This document shows, in pieces, positions 28,315-38,408 of a stretch of 64,000 nucleotides of DNA. A program made the position numbers and the translations under genes. Numbering within the stretch: position 1 is the stretch's first letter; each line of letters begins with the position of its first letter. The notes under the pieces were generated by a model. That model made no database searches, had not been told where the DNA came from, and saw only the letters and a list, made by a program, of their open reading frames with translations. Origin of the DNA: Planctomycetota bacterium (GTDB taxonomy: Bacteria; Planctomycetota; MHYJ01; WSZJ01); NCBI GenBank assembly GCA_038060895.1, contig JBBTCT010000022.1, positions 128,001 to 192,000 on the forward strand. Reading direction: 5' to 3'.

Positions 28315-29835
28315 ATGAACGACGTCCTCAACATCATCGTCGTCTCGCTCTACTTCGCCGTCCTCGGCGTCCTGTCCGTCTGCGGATTCCACCGCTACGC
28401 CATGGTCTGGCTGTACTACCGCCACAAGGAAGAAACCCCGCGCCCGCGCGTGTTCTTCAAGGAACTCCCGGCGGTCACCGTCCAGCTCCCCATCTACAAC
28501 GAGATGTACGTCGCAGACCGCCTGATCGACGCCGTCTGCAAACTCGACTACCCGCGCGAGAGACTCGAAATCCAGGTTCTCGACGACTCCACCGACGAGA
28601 CCGTCGAAATCGCGCGCAAGAAAGTTGCCGAGAAGCGCGCCGAGGGATTCGACATTCACTTCATCCACCGCACCGACCGCACGGGCTACAAGGCCGGGGC
28701 CCTCGAGAACGGCCTCCGCCATACGAAGAACGAGTACATCGCCGTGTTCGACGCCGATTTCCTCCCGCGCAAGGACTTCCTCCAGGAAACCATCCACTTC
28801 TTCGCCAACCCGAAGATCGGCATGGTCCAGGCCCGCTGGGAGCACATCAACCGCGACTGGTCCCTTCTCACGAAGATCCAGGCCATCATGCTCGACGCCC
28901 ACTTCGTCATCGAACACACCGCGCGCAACCGCTCGGGCCGCTTCTTCAATTTCAACGGCACCGCCGGCATGTGGCGCAAGCAGGCGATCGCCGAGGGCGG
29001 CGGCTGGCAGCACGACACGCTGACCGAAGATCTCGACCTGTCGTACCGCGCGCAGCTCAAGGGCTGGGAATTCGTCTACCTCAAGGACCTCGCTTCGCCC
29101 TCCGAACTCCCTGGCGACATCAACGCGTTCAAGACGCAGCAGCACCGCTGGGCCAAGGGCGGCGTCCAGACCGCGCTCAAACTGCTGCCGACGATCTGGG
29201 CCTCGAAGGTGCCGTTCAAGGTCAAGATGGAAGCCACCCAGCACCTCGGGAACTACGTCTCGTTCCTCGGCATGGTCCTCGTCTGCCTCCTCATCCTCCC
29301 GTCGATGATCGCGCGCCGCGAGATGGGCTGGCTGCAGGACCTCAAGTGGGCCGACGCGATCGTCCTCATGGGCGCGTTCGTCTCCGTCCTCTTCTACTAC
29401 GGCTCCTCGCAGATCGAGCTCGGCAAGGGCTGGGCGAAGCGCTTCCTCATGTTCCCCCTCATGCTCGCCGTCGGCGTCGGGATGTGCCTGAACAACGCCA
29501 AGGCGGTGCTGGAAGCGCTGATGGGGCACCAGACCGGATTCGTGCGGACGCCGAAGCACGGGCTGGCGACGAAGGGGAGTTCGCTTGCGGGGAAGAAGTA
29601 CCGCACGAGCTGGAGCGTGCTGGCGGTGGTGGAGCTGACGTTCGCGGTGTACTTCACCTTCGTGTGCGGATTCGCGTACCAGTTCGAGATGTACGCTTCG
29701 CTGCCGTTCCTCGCGCTGTTCCCGATCGGGTTCTACTACATCGCGGGGTTGAGTTTCGCGCAGGCGTTCGCGGCGAAGCCGAGGGCGGTTGCTGCCGCGG
29801 TGCCCGTCGTCGAAAGAGAGAGAGTCAGCCTGTAG
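28315..29835 (+). CDS. GT2 processive glycosyltransferase (cellulose synthase-like)
   Basis: QLPIYNE, LDDSTD, KAGAL, FDADF, TEDLD, QQHRW motifs plus C-terminal TMs. Confidence 0.93.
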   Translation: MNDVLNIIVVSLYFAVLGVLSVCGFHRYAMVWLYYRHKEETPRPRVFFKELPAVTVQLPIYNEMYVADRLIDAVCKLDYPRERLEIQVLDDSTDETVEIARKKVAEKRAEGFDIHFIHRTDRTGYKAGALENGLRHTKNEYIAVFDADFLPRKDFLQETIHFFANPKIGMVQARWEHINRDWSLLTKIQAIMLDAHFVIEHTARNRSGRFFNFNGTAGMWRKQAIAEGGGWQHDTLTEDLDLSYRAQLKGWEFVYLKDLASPSELPGDINAFKTQQHRWAKGGVQTALKLLPTIWASKVPFKVKMEATQHLGNYVSFLGMVLVCLLILPSMIARREMGWLQDLKWADAIVLMGAFVSVLFYYGSSQIELGKGWAKRFLMFPLMLAVGVGMCLNNAKAVLEALMGHQTGFVRTPKHGLATKGSSLAGKKYRTSWSVLAVVELTFAVYFTFVCGFAYQFEMYASLPFLALFPIGFYYIAGLSFAQAFAAKPRAVAAAVPVVERERVSL

Positions 29836-29946
29836 AAAAAGGGCAACAACGAAAGTAAAAACGAAAAGCGAAAATCCCCGCAGATTCCGATGATTTGCTT
29901 TTCGTTTTTTGTTTTTCGTTTTTTCTTTCGTTGTTGTCTTTCTTCT
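29834..29946. repeat. Heptamer-periodic inverted-repeat element (AAAACGA family)
   Basis: CAACAACGAAAGTAAAAACGAAAAGCGAAAA ... TTTTCGTTTTTTGTTTTTCGTT...CTTTCGTTGTTG. Confidence 0.7.
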
Positions 29947-29953
29947 GCGCCGC

Positions 29954-30691
29954 CTGACAATCACTCCTCTGGATCCCACCGCCCCCATCGTCTCCCTCCG
30001 CTCCCTCACGCGCGTCTACCGCATGGGCGACACGCTGGTCACGGCCCTCGACCGCCTGGACCTCGACATCGCCCGCGGCGCCTTCTTCGGCGTCGTCGGC
30101 CGCTCAGGCAGCGGCAAGTCCACGTTCCTGAACCTGCTCGGCGGCCTCGACACGCCGACGGCGGGAACGATCGAAGTCGACGGACTCAAAGTCACAGGCG
30201 CTTCGCAGGACTCGCTCGCCTCCTACCGCCGCGACAAGGTCGGCTTCATCTTCCAGCAGTTCAACCTCATCCAGTCCCAGACGGCGCTTCAGAACGTCGA
30301 GATGCCCCTCGTCTTCGCCAACGTCGCGCCGGCGGAGCGAAGAAAACGCGCCGAAGAGCTTCTCGACCGAGTCGGGCTCGGCCCGCGCCGCAAGCACCGC
30401 CCCGTCGAGCTCTCCGGCGGCGAGCAGCAGCGCGTCGCGATCGCCCGCTCCCTTGCCAACCGCCCCGCGATCCTCCTCGCCGACGAACCCACCGGCAACC
30501 TCGACAGCGCGACCGCCGCTTCCGTCACCGAACTCCTCAAGCAGATGAACCGCGACGGCCAGACGATCATCCTTGTCACGCACGACCGCCCGATGGCCGA
30601 AGCCGTCTGCAGCCGCTTTATCGAGCTCAAGGACGGCCGCGTCCTCTCGGATTCAGCCACGCCAACCCCCCAGCCCGCGGCAGGAGCCTGA
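29954..30691 (+). CDS. ABC transporter ATP-binding protein (LolD/MacB type)
   Basis: GRSGSGKST, LSGGEQQRVAIAR, LLADEPTGNLD, VTHD; start codon uncertain. Confidence 0.92.
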   Translation: MTITPLDPTAPIVSLRSLTRVYRMGDTLVTALDRLDLDIARGAFFGVVGRSGSGKSTFLNLLGGLDTPTAGTIEVDGLKVTGASQDSLASYRRDKVGFIFQQFNLIQSQTALQNVEMPLVFANVAPAERRKRAEELLDRVGLGPRRKHRPVELSGGEQQRVAIARSLANRPAILLADEPTGNLDSATAASVTELLKQMNRDGQTIILVTHDRPMAEAVCSRFIELKDGRVLSDSATPTPQPAAGA

Positions 30692-30692
30692 C

Positions 30693-32135
30693 ATGCGCGT
30701 TGCCGACATGTTCCGATACTCGTTCGGCAATCTCGCGCGGCAGAAACTCCGCAGCTTCCTCACCGTCTTCGGCGTCATCGTCGGCACTTCGGCGATCACC
30801 CTCATGGTCTCGCTCGGGATCGGGCTGCAGAAACAGACCGTCGAGTTCTTCAACAGCGTCGATTTCCTGACGTCGGTGCAGGTGTTTCCGCAGAAGCGCA
30901 ACACGTCGCTCATGAACTTCGGCCGGCCGATCGCGGGCGGTGCGACGATGAAGCTGGACGACGGGACGGTCGAGGAGTTCAAGAAGATCCCGGGCGTGCT
31001 CACGGCCTACCCGACGCTCGACTTCGGCGGCAACCTGACGGTCGAGCGGACGGTCGACGGAAAGAAGAAGGCGACCACGGGCCGCTTCGTGCAGTTCGTC
31101 GGCATCCCCCAGGCCGCAATCATGCCGATGTACCGCGACAAGACGCTCGCGGGGGCGTTCTGGACCGAGGAGTCGCCGGGCGAAAACATCGCCGTCGTCC
31201 CCGCCGACGTGCTTCATGACATGGGACTCGGGCCGCCGCTTCCGGGGCATGAAAAGGAGGGGGAGACGGCGGCCTTGAAGGGCGACCCGCGTTGGAAGGA
31301 GCTGCTGGGGATGGAAGTGAAGCTCCAGTTTTCGGTGGTGGTGCAGAACGGGGAGCCGGCGCCGAAGGAGGAAGAGAAGGAAGGGGAGGATGGGGTGAAG
31401 GAAGACCCGCCGGAGAAGGAGATCATGACGAAGCGGGTGACCCGGCGATACCGGATCGTGGGCGTCTACGATTCGGCGGACATCGGGCTTCCGATGGCGC
31501 CGCTCGTTTTCATTCCGCTGGACCAGGGGAAGGAAATCCTGAAGCTGAGAGCTCCGCGGTCCTCCGCGGCGCCGGAATCGACCTACCGCTCGATTACGGT
31601 CAAGGTGAAGGACGCGTCGCTCACGGACCAGGTGCAGCGCGAGATTGACGGGCGCGGCTACGGGACGATGACGATCCAGGACGTGGTGCAGGTGATCGGC
31701 TACGTCTTCATCACGCTCAAGGCGGTCCTGGGCGCGGTGGCCTCGATCGGCCTGATCGTGGCGTTCTTCGGCATCGCCAACACGATGATCATGGCGATTC
31801 TCGAGCGCACGCGCGAAATCGGGGTCATGAAGGCGCTCGGCGCGCGCAACGCGGAGATCCGGAGGATGTTCGTCATGGAAGCGGCCGCGATCGGCGGACT
31901 CGGCGCGCTCTGTGGCATTGCGGGCGGCTGGGCGTTCGGCAAAGGGCTCAACGCGCTGGCAGCGTGGTTCGTGGAGAAGCGCGGCGGGCCGGAAGGAGTT
32001 TACCTGTTCGTGGTGTCGCCGTGGCTTGCCGGCGGGACGCTCGCCTTCGCGGTGGTCGTGGCGGTGATTGCCGGGCTTTACCCCGCGTGGCGCGCGGCGC
32101 GGCTGGATCCGGTGGCGGCGCTACGGAGCCTGTAA
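30693..32135 (+). CDS. ABC transporter permease (MacB/FtsX type)
   Basis: RSFLTVFGVIVG, ERTREIGVMKALGA, YPAWRAARLDPVAALR. Confidence 0.93.
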   Translation: MRVADMFRYSFGNLARQKLRSFLTVFGVIVGTSAITLMVSLGIGLQKQTVEFFNSVDFLTSVQVFPQKRNTSLMNFGRPIAGGATMKLDDGTVEEFKKIPGVLTAYPTLDFGGNLTVERTVDGKKKATTGRFVQFVGIPQAAIMPMYRDKTLAGAFWTEESPGENIAVVPADVLHDMGLGPPLPGHEKEGETAALKGDPRWKELLGMEVKLQFSVVVQNGEPAPKEEEKEGEDGVKEDPPEKEIMTKRVTRRYRIVGVYDSADIGLPMAPLVFIPLDQGKEILKLRAPRSSAAPESTYRSITVKVKDASLTDQVQREIDGRGYGTMTIQDVVQVIGYVFITLKAVLGAVASIGLIVAFFGIANTMIMAILERTREIGVMKALGARNAEIRRMFVMEAAAIGGLGALCGIAGGWAFGKGLNALAAWFVEKRGGPEGVYLFVVSPWLAGGTLAFAVVVAVIAGLYPAWRAARLDPVAALRSL

Positions 32136-32140
32136 GGCAG

Positions 32141-32248
32141 CGGGCGAGCAGGCGAGCGGGCGAAAAAAAAACGGCCTTCCGAATTTCGGAAGCCGTTTTG
32201 TCTTTGCCCGCCCGCCGGCCCGCCCGCCCGCGCGAAGCGCGCCCGCCC
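32141..32248. repeat. Octamer-periodic inverted-repeat element with bidirectional terminator-like core
   Basis: GGCGAGCAGGCGAGCGGGCG-AAAAAAAAACGGCCTTCCGAATTTCGGAAGCCGTTTT-GCCCGCCCGCC between convergent genes. Confidence 0.65.
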
Positions 32249-33544
32249 TCACATCGTGAACCCCGCCTCCGCGCCCTTCCACCACTCTTCCCACTTCTTG
32301 ATGAACGGCGGCCGATCCCCCGGCTCCCCGGGGACGCGCCCCTGGTCCTGCTTCGTGAACGTCTTCAGCAGCTCGTTGGCCGCGTTCGCCATCGCAATGT
32401 CGTCTTCCTTGAGCGCGTTGACGAGCGCCGGGATCACCTGCTTCCCGAATCTCCGGATGTCCGCGACGGCTTTCTCGCGTTCTTCGAAAGTTCCTCGCGC
32501 ATAGTTCGAGAGGAGCTGCGGCAGGTCGCGGCGCATCGCGCCTTCACTGACGCCCCCGGGCGGTCTCACCGGAGGATTCACAGGAGGGTTCACCGGCGGA
32601 TTCCCGGGAGGATTCTCCGTGACCGGCCCGCCGCTCTCGCCCGTGAACTCCGCAACGCTCACCAGCTGCGCCACCTGGCCCTTCGGCTCGTCCACCCACC
32701 AGTGCCGGTACTCCATGATCATCGCAGCGCGGCTCGAGGAATCGACGAAGAGCCCCTCGGGAATGCTCGGACCACCATGGACAGCGCGGTCGACGATGAT
32801 GCGCGAAGCGTTGGCGATGTCGGGGTCGCTGGCCCACTTGCCGACGAGGCACGGGATGAGCGGCCTACCGTGGCGCAGCAGCTTGGACGCCGTCCGCCAG
32901 AACACCTGGTCAACCGGATGGCTCTTCAGGATCGCCAGCGTCGTAATGACCTCGGCGTCGATCGCCGGATCCGCATCCCAGCCCGCGTCCACCGGCGGCT
33001 TCGGCTTCTCCACCGCGGGAGCTCCCTTCGCTTCTTCTTTCTCCGCCTTCGCCGCAGCCGCCGCGAGCTTCTCCTTCTGCGCCTTCTTCTTGTCCTCGGC
33101 GCTCGGCTCCTTCATCAGGAAGACAACAGCCCCGATGATCGCCAGCGCCGCCACGCCGATGCCGCCGAAGATCATCATCTTCTCGCCGCTCTTGTCCTGC
33201 ACCTCAGGCGCCGCCTGCGAAGCCCGCCGGATCGCGCGCGGGTCCGTCGTCGGGTCGAGCGCGCCCATGCCGACCGCCTCGTTGACGATGCGCATCTTCG
33301 CCGACATCCCGCCGCCGCCCCCGCGCGCCGAAGGACTGCGCGAAGAGCGCGTCGTGCCGCCGCGCGAGGACCGGTGCGTGTTGCCCCTCGAAGCCGTCTT
33401 CGCCGGCGCCGCAGCCGCAGGCGCCCCGCCCGGGATCGTCACGATCGTGTTGCACTCGGGGCACTGGAAGCGGTCGCCGGGGTCGTACCCGGAGCCGTCG
33501 TACTCGGCCTTGCAGCCGGGGCAGTTGACCATGCCTTCACTCAT
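32249..33544 (-). CDS. Hypothetical membrane protein (N-terminal zinc ribbon, one TM, HEAT-like C-terminus)
   Basis: CPGC...CPEC, hydrophobic helix, VIPALVNALKEDD repeat-like segment. Confidence 0.75.
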   Translation of the reverse strand: MSEGMVNCPGCKAEYDGSGYDPGDRFQCPECNTIVTIPGGAPAAAAPAKTASRGNTHRSSRGGTTRSSRSPSARGGGGGMSAKMRIVNEAVGMGALDPTTDPRAIRRASQAAPEVQDKSGEKMMIFGGIGVAALAIIGAVVFLMKEPSAEDKKKAQKEKLAAAAAKAEKEEAKGAPAVEKPKPPVDAGWDADPAIDAEVITTLAILKSHPVDQVFWRTASKLLRHGRPLIPCLVGKWASDPDIANASRIIVDRAVHGGPSIPEGLFVDSSSRAAMIMEYRHWWVDEPKGQVAQLVSVAEFTGESGGPVTENPPGNPPVNPPVNPPVRPPGGVSEGAMRRDLPQLLSNYARGTFEEREKAVADIRRFGKQVIPALVNALKEDDIAMANAANELLKTFTKQDQGRVPGEPGDRPPFIKKWEEWWKGAEAGFTM

Positions 33545-33677
33545 GGGGCAGTCCTCGATGGCGCCGGGACAGCGGCGGACCTGTAAGTTTGCGAAGTAGA
33601 GGGGGAGAGGCGCAAGAAGGAAAGCGATCGGAAGAGGGGGTTAACGTTTTTTATGCGATCGCGACCGGGCATGCCCC

Positions 33678-33749
33678 GGAAAACGGAGAACTTCAACTCT
33701 CGAGTTTCAAGCAATCTTGAAACTTGAAGGTTGAAGTTCTCCGTTTTCC
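33678..33749. repeat. Inverted-repeat element (20-bp perfect arms, TTGAANN periodicity)
   Basis: GGAAAACGGAGAACTTCAAC ... GTTGAAGTTCTCCGTTTTCC. Confidence 0.8.
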
Positions 33750-33753
33750 GTCG

Positions 33754-34734
33754 CTACCTGCCCTCCGCCACCCGCCTCGGCATTTCTTTCCCCATCGCCA
33801 TCTCTTCCCGCGCCGCATCCAGCTCCCCGCGCAGCTTCCCGTTCTCCCTTTCCAGTCGCGCCACCCTCTCCCGGAGCGAATCCAGCATCCCGCCTTCTTC
33901 CCCTTCATCCTCGCCCGGCTCTTTCTCCCCTTCCTTCGGTTCCACTTTCTTCGGCTCTTCCTTCTTCGGCCCCGTCCCTTCTTCCCCTTCCCGCGCCCCC
34001 GGCGGCGGCGTCTCTCCTCCGCCCGTCAAACTCCGCGGCGCCACGCCCTCCGCGATCGCCTTCAGCTCCGGATCCTCCGGCCGCACCTTCAGCCCCCGCT
34101 CCGCCGACCGCTTCGCATCCGCATCCCGCCCCACGCTCCACGCCGCCTGCGCCTTCATCTTCACGACGTGATACCGGTCGGTCTTGGGAAGCGCGTAATC
34201 CGACACGCGCGACAGCTCCGCGAGCGTGCTCTCCATGTCGTTCTTGTCGTAAGCCTCGTACGCGCGGATCGCCGCGCCGAGCGTCGAGTCGGTGAAGTGC
34301 TTGTCGGACATCACCTCGAAGTCGTAGATCTCGATCCACGGCTGCCCCGCGAAGACGGACTTCACTTCTCCCCACACCATCAGCCACGAGTACCGCGGCG
34401 TTCCCAGGAAGTCCGCCAGCCACTCGCGGTTCCGGCGGATGAAGAGGTTCGTGAAGACGTCCTGCCGCTCCTTCGAAATAAAAACCTTCGTCTCCGCCCC
34501 CCACCCCGACACCTGCGCGTGCTGCTCCGCCGTGAACGCCGTGTGCACCGGCGCGTACAGGTCCTCCGTCTTGTTCAGCCGGCACTTGAACGTCACGCGC
34601 GTGTTCTTGAACCCGTTGGGGTTGTTGCGGATCTCGCGAAGCGAGACGTGGGCGAAGTTGCCGTCGCCCGCGGGCGCCGGAACGGCGAACATCAGAAGCG
34701 CGGTTACGGCAATTCCCAGGCGTTGAAGAAGCAT
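33754..34734 (-). CDS. Secreted hypothetical protein with TPR-like segment and C-terminal coiled coil
   Basis: Signal peptide; AERGLKVRPED; LRERVARLERENGKLR. Confidence 0.75.
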   Translation of the reverse strand: MLLQRLGIAVTALLMFAVPAPAGDGNFAHVSLREIRNNPNGFKNTRVTFKCRLNKTEDLYAPVHTAFTAEQHAQVSGWGAETKVFISKERQDVFTNLFIRRNREWLADFLGTPRYSWLMVWGEVKSVFAGQPWIEIYDFEVMSDKHFTDSTLGAAIRAYEAYDKNDMESTLAELSRVSDYALPKTDRYHVVKMKAQAAWSVGRDADAKRSAERGLKVRPEDPELKAIAEGVAPRSLTGGGETPPPGAREGEEGTGPKKEEPKKVEPKEGEKEPGEDEGEEGGMLDSLRERVARLERENGKLRGELDAAREEMAMGKEMPRRVAEGR

Positions 34735-34844
34735 CGCGTGCTCCGGAAAGTGAGCGCTTGAAACGGCTTGCGAACGACTCTAGTGTGGTGCTTCTCAATG
34801 TCAAGGCCGCTCCATCCTCCACCCCCGAGGGTCGTTTAACAGGC

Positions 34845-35882
34845 ATGCCCCTCCGCCGTCACCGCCGCAACCGCGGCATCGTCCTCCTGCTCGTCATGCT
34901 CATCCTCCTCGTGCTGAGCGTTGTGATGCTGCAGCTCGCCTTCAGCGCCGAGGTCACCATGCGCGCCGCTTCCAATCTCAACCGCGACCTCACAAACCAG
35001 GCGACGCTTCGAAGCGGCCTGCAAATCGCGCGGCTGATGATCAAGGCGGACATCGAGGGGGATCTGGCGGAAGCGCCGACGCCGCCGCTCGATCACCTCG
35101 GGGAGTCACTGATGCAGGACATCGCGCCGTTTGCGATGAACCCGGGCACGGATCCGACTTCGCTGTACCTGAAAATTGAGGACGAGGAGGGGAAGTTCTA
35201 CCTGCCGGCGCTGGTGGACGCGAACGGCGTCGTGGTGCCGGACGAGAAGGACCGGCTGGCGCGGATGCTGGAGTACGCGGCGATCGGGGACGTGGACACG
35301 GCGGACCGGATTGCGGCGGCGATGGACAAGGAGGACAAGAACACGTTCGACAAGGAAGTGCCGAACCGGAAGCTGTACACGCTGAAGGAGCTGCTGGGCG
35401 TGCCCGGGATCACGGACGAGCACTTCTACGGCAAGACGGTGGCGACGGAAAAGCAGTACGGGCTCGCCGACGTGCTGACGCTCTACGGCTCCGGCAAGGT
35501 CAACCTCAACACCGCCCCGAAGCCGGTCCTGATGTCGATGTCCACTTCCATAGGCGTTTCCGACGTGGACGGGATCGTCAACGCGCGCGAGTCGGCGGAC
35601 GAGGAAGGGAACCCGCAGGTGTTCCAGAGCGTGTCGTACGACGAGCTGAGCCGGAGCGGGATGTCCGAAGAGACGCACGCGACGCTCTCAGGGCACGTGA
35701 CGGTGCGATCGAGCTGGTTCCGGGCGAGGATGCTGGCCAGGACCGGCAGCGTGCAGCGTTGGGCGTCCGCGGTCATCCAGCGCATCAATGCGACGACGAA
35801 GCTCGTTCTCTGGGAAGACGATCTGCGGTTTGCGCCGGATCCGGAAGAGCTGAAGGTGCAGGAGGAGGCGCTCACCAAGTAG
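34845..35882 (+). CDS. gspK: Type II secretion minor pseudopilin GspK family
   Basis: RGIVLLLV prepilin-like N-terminus, IEDEEGKF, ELLGVPGI, GKVNLNTAP, VRSSWF. Confidence 0.8.
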   Translation: MPLRRHRRNRGIVLLLVMLILLVLSVVMLQLAFSAEVTMRAASNLNRDLTNQATLRSGLQIARLMIKADIEGDLAEAPTPPLDHLGESLMQDIAPFAMNPGTDPTSLYLKIEDEEGKFYLPALVDANGVVVPDEKDRLARMLEYAAIGDVDTADRIAAAMDKEDKNTFDKEVPNRKLYTLKELLGVPGITDEHFYGKTVATEKQYGLADVLTLYGSGKVNLNTAPKPVLMSMSTSIGVSDVDGIVNARESADEEGNPQVFQSVSYDELSRSGMSEETHATLSGHVTVRSSWFRARMLARTGSVQRWASAVIQRINATTKLVLWEDDLRFAPDPEELKVQEEALTK

Positions 35883-36124
35883 GGGGCAGGAGGACGTGGG
35901 TAGGACGTAAGAACGGCATAGCCAGCTAGTGGAACGTCAAGCTTGTTTTCGGAGGTCATGAAAGCGTGCCTGGTGTCTTGTGCCTTGTGCGAGTTTTCAC
36001 GCGAGGCACCGGGCACGAGACACGAGGCACTTCCCGGAAAAGCGAACTACCACAATCAACCCTGACGCTCCACGAGGTCGGCAGGTCGTTCCTACCCCCT
36101 ACCAACCACCCCCTACCCACTACC
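35881..36124. repeat. GGTAGG-family inverted-repeat element with nested GGCACNA-family hairpin (about 35941-36043)
   Basis: Outer GGCAGGAGGACGTGGGTAGG / CCTACCCCCTACCAACCACCCCCTACC; inner GTGCCTGGTGTCTTGTGCC / GGCACGAGACACGAGGCAC. Confidence 0.65.
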
Positions 36125-36187
36125 GTTGACGCGGCTGTCCCGCAATCGGTACACTACTTGGCTCCCCTTACCCCGTCGGGTACGCAA

Positions 36188-36937
36188 ATGCCAAGGCCTC
36201 TCTTCGCCGGAAACTGGAAGCTGAACCTGCTCCGGGCCGGCGCGGTCGAGCTGGCGGCGGCGCTTCGGAAAGGGCTGGAAGGGGAGACGAAGGTGGACGT
36301 GGTGGTATGCCCCCCGTACACGGCGCTGGTTGCGGTGTCGGAAGTCCTGAAGGGGTCGGCGATTGGGGTGGGAGGGCAGGACCTGTCGTGGCAGGACTCG
36401 GGGGCGTTCACCGGGGAGGTGTCGGGGCCGATGCTGGCGGATCTCGGGTGCCGGTGGGTGATCGTGGGGCACTCGGAGCGGAGGCAGTACTTCGGCGACA
36501 CGGACGAGCTGGTGGGAAAGAAGCTGCGCTCGGCGCAGAAGGCGGGGCTGGAGCCGATTGTGTGCGTCGGCGAGCGCCTCGACGAACGCGAGCGGGGCGT
36601 GACGAAGGAGGTCGTCGGGCGGCAGCTGGACGGCGCGCTCGGCGGGCTCTCGAAGGACGAACTGAAAAAACTGACGGTCGCCTACGAGCCGGTGTGGGCG
36701 ATCGGGACGGGTAAGGTCGCGACGCCCGAGCAGGCCCAGGAAGTCCACGCGTTCATCCGCGGACGCCTCCTGGCGCTGTCCGACGCCGCGACGGCAGGGG
36801 AGGTGCGGGTGCTCTACGGGGGAAGCGTGACCCCCGAGAACGTCCGCGGCCTCATGGAAAAGCCGGACGTCAACGGGGCGCTCGTCGGCGGGGCGAGCCT
36901 GAAGGCGGAATCATTTCTCAAGATCGCGAGGGGCTGA
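36188..36937 (+). CDS. tpiA: Triosephosphate isomerase
   Basis: AGNWK, GAFTGEVS, IVGHSERR, AYEPVWAIGTG, LYGGSV, LVGGASL. Confidence 0.98.
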   Translation: MPRPLFAGNWKLNLLRAGAVELAAALRKGLEGETKVDVVVCPPYTALVAVSEVLKGSAIGVGGQDLSWQDSGAFTGEVSGPMLADLGCRWVIVGHSERRQYFGDTDELVGKKLRSAQKAGLEPIVCVGERLDERERGVTKEVVGRQLDGALGGLSKDELKKLTVAYEPVWAIGTGKVATPEQAQEVHAFIRGRLLALSDAATAGEVRVLYGGSVTPENVRGLMEKPDVNGALVGGASLKAESFLKIARG

Positions 36938-36938
36938 C

Positions 36939-37271
36939 ATGGGCGCGCTCGTCATCATCCTGACCGTCGTCTTCGTGCTGTCCTGCCTGGCGGTGACGTT
37001 CCTCGTCCTCATCCAGCCGCCCCATTCCGACGGCGGCTCCGGCCTCGCCGGCGCCTTCATGGGCGCAGGCGGCGACTCGTTCTTCGGCACCAAGGCGATG
37101 ACGATGGCCGGCAAGATGACGATGTTCCTGTCGGTCCTGATCGTGGCGCTGGCCATCACGATCAACAAGATCGACAAGAAGCCGACCGGACCGACGGGCG
37201 GATCACTGCTGAAGGGAAGCGTTCCCGAAGGCACGCCCGAGAAACCGCCCGCCGAAGAGCCCCCGAAGTAG
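36939..37271 (+). CDS. secG: Preprotein translocase subunit SecG
   Basis: Two TMs, VLIQ...GLAGAFMGAGGDSFFG; position after tpiA. Confidence 0.9.
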   Translation: MGALVIILTVVFVLSCLAVTFLVLIQPPHSDGGSGLAGAFMGAGGDSFFGTKAMTMAGKMTMFLSVLIVALAITINKIDKKPTGPTGGSLLKGSVPEGTPEKPPAEEPPK

Positions 37272-37284
37272 GAGCAAGCCGCCC

Positions 37285-38163
37285 GTGCGCAGCATGACCG
37301 GCCACGGACAGGCCCGCTCTCACGACGCGCAGGACGCCGTCGAGGTCGAGGTCCGCAGCGTCAATCACCGGTACCTCAAAGTCCACGCACATCTGCCCGA
37401 AGCCTACGCGTACCGCGAGGGCGAGATCGAGGAACTGGTGCGCGAGAACGTGAAACGCGGCGCGGTGGACGTGGACATCCGCGTCACGAGCGCGCCGGAC
37501 GAGAACGCCGAGCCCTTCGATGTCGAACTGCTGAAGGTCTACAACAAGAAACTGAAGGCCGTCGGAAAGAAGATCGGCACCGGCTCGAAAGTGTCCCTGG
37601 AGTCGCTGCTCACGCTTCCCGGAGTCATCCGCCGCGACAGCGGCAAGAGCGGCGCGGAGCGCGTCTGGCCGAAAGTGGCGAAGGCCGTGAAGGAAGCGCT
37701 GAAGGACCTCGAAGCGGCGAGGAAGCGTGAAGGCGACCGGCTGAAGAAACCGCTGACGTTGATCCTGCAGGAGATGGCGAGGCTGCTCGAGGAAGTGCGC
37801 GGGCTCGCGCCGGGCGTTGTGGAGCAGTACCGGGACCGGCTGAAGGAGCGGGTCGCGCGCCTTCTGTCGGGGAACGACCCGCCGATCCCGGCGCCGGATC
37901 TGGGAAGGGAGGTCGCGCTCTTCGCGGACCGTTGCGACATCAGCGAAGAGATCGCGCGGCAGGAATCGCACCTGAAGGAGTTCGGGGACCTGATGTCGAA
38001 AGGCGACGACCCCGGCCGGCGTCTTGATTTCATCAGCCAGGAAATGCTGCGCGAAGCGAACACGATGGGTTCGAAAGCGAACGACTCGCGGCTGACGTCG
38101 CGGATCGTGTCGATGAAGGCAGAGATTGAGAAACTGAAAGAGCAGATTCAGAACATTGAATAG
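37285..38163 (+). CDS. yicC: YicC/YloC family endoribonuclease
   Basis: SMTGHG, EVRSVNHRYL, DISEEIAR, GRRLDFISQEMLREANTMGSK, EQIQNIE. Confidence 0.95.
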   Translation: MRSMTGHGQARSHDAQDAVEVEVRSVNHRYLKVHAHLPEAYAYREGEIEELVRENVKRGAVDVDIRVTSAPDENAEPFDVELLKVYNKKLKAVGKKIGTGSKVSLESLLTLPGVIRRDSGKSGAERVWPKVAKAVKEALKDLEAARKREGDRLKKPLTLILQEMARLLEEVRGLAPGVVEQYRDRLKERVARLLSGNDPPIPAPDLGREVALFADRCDISEEIARQESHLKEFGDLMSKGDDPGRRLDFISQEMLREANTMGSKANDSRLTSRIVSMKAEIEKLKEQIQNIE

Positions 38164-38183
38164 TCGGGCTGTTGTCGTTGCCC

Positions 38184-38292
38184 TATCAGCGCGTATCAGC
38201 GCCTGATCGCGTTTTATCTGCGCAACGCCTTTCGTTCGAAGGAACGACGTTGCGCAGATGAAAAAGCGATCAGGCGCTGATACGCGCTGATA
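38184..38292. repeat. Inverted-repeat element (27-bp perfect arms, TATCAGCGC units)
   Basis: TATCAGCGCGTATCAGCGCCTGATCGC ... GCGATCAGGCGCTGATACGCGCTGATA. Confidence 0.85.
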
Positions 38293-38408
38293 CGACGAAG
38301 AAGAAGCCGTCCCTTGAGAGACACACTGAGGTGACCCCTGGTACCGATCAAAAGACGGCCCACGACGTCCTCACCGACGCCGCAGGGACTCTGTCCCGGG
38401 AGCGCGGA

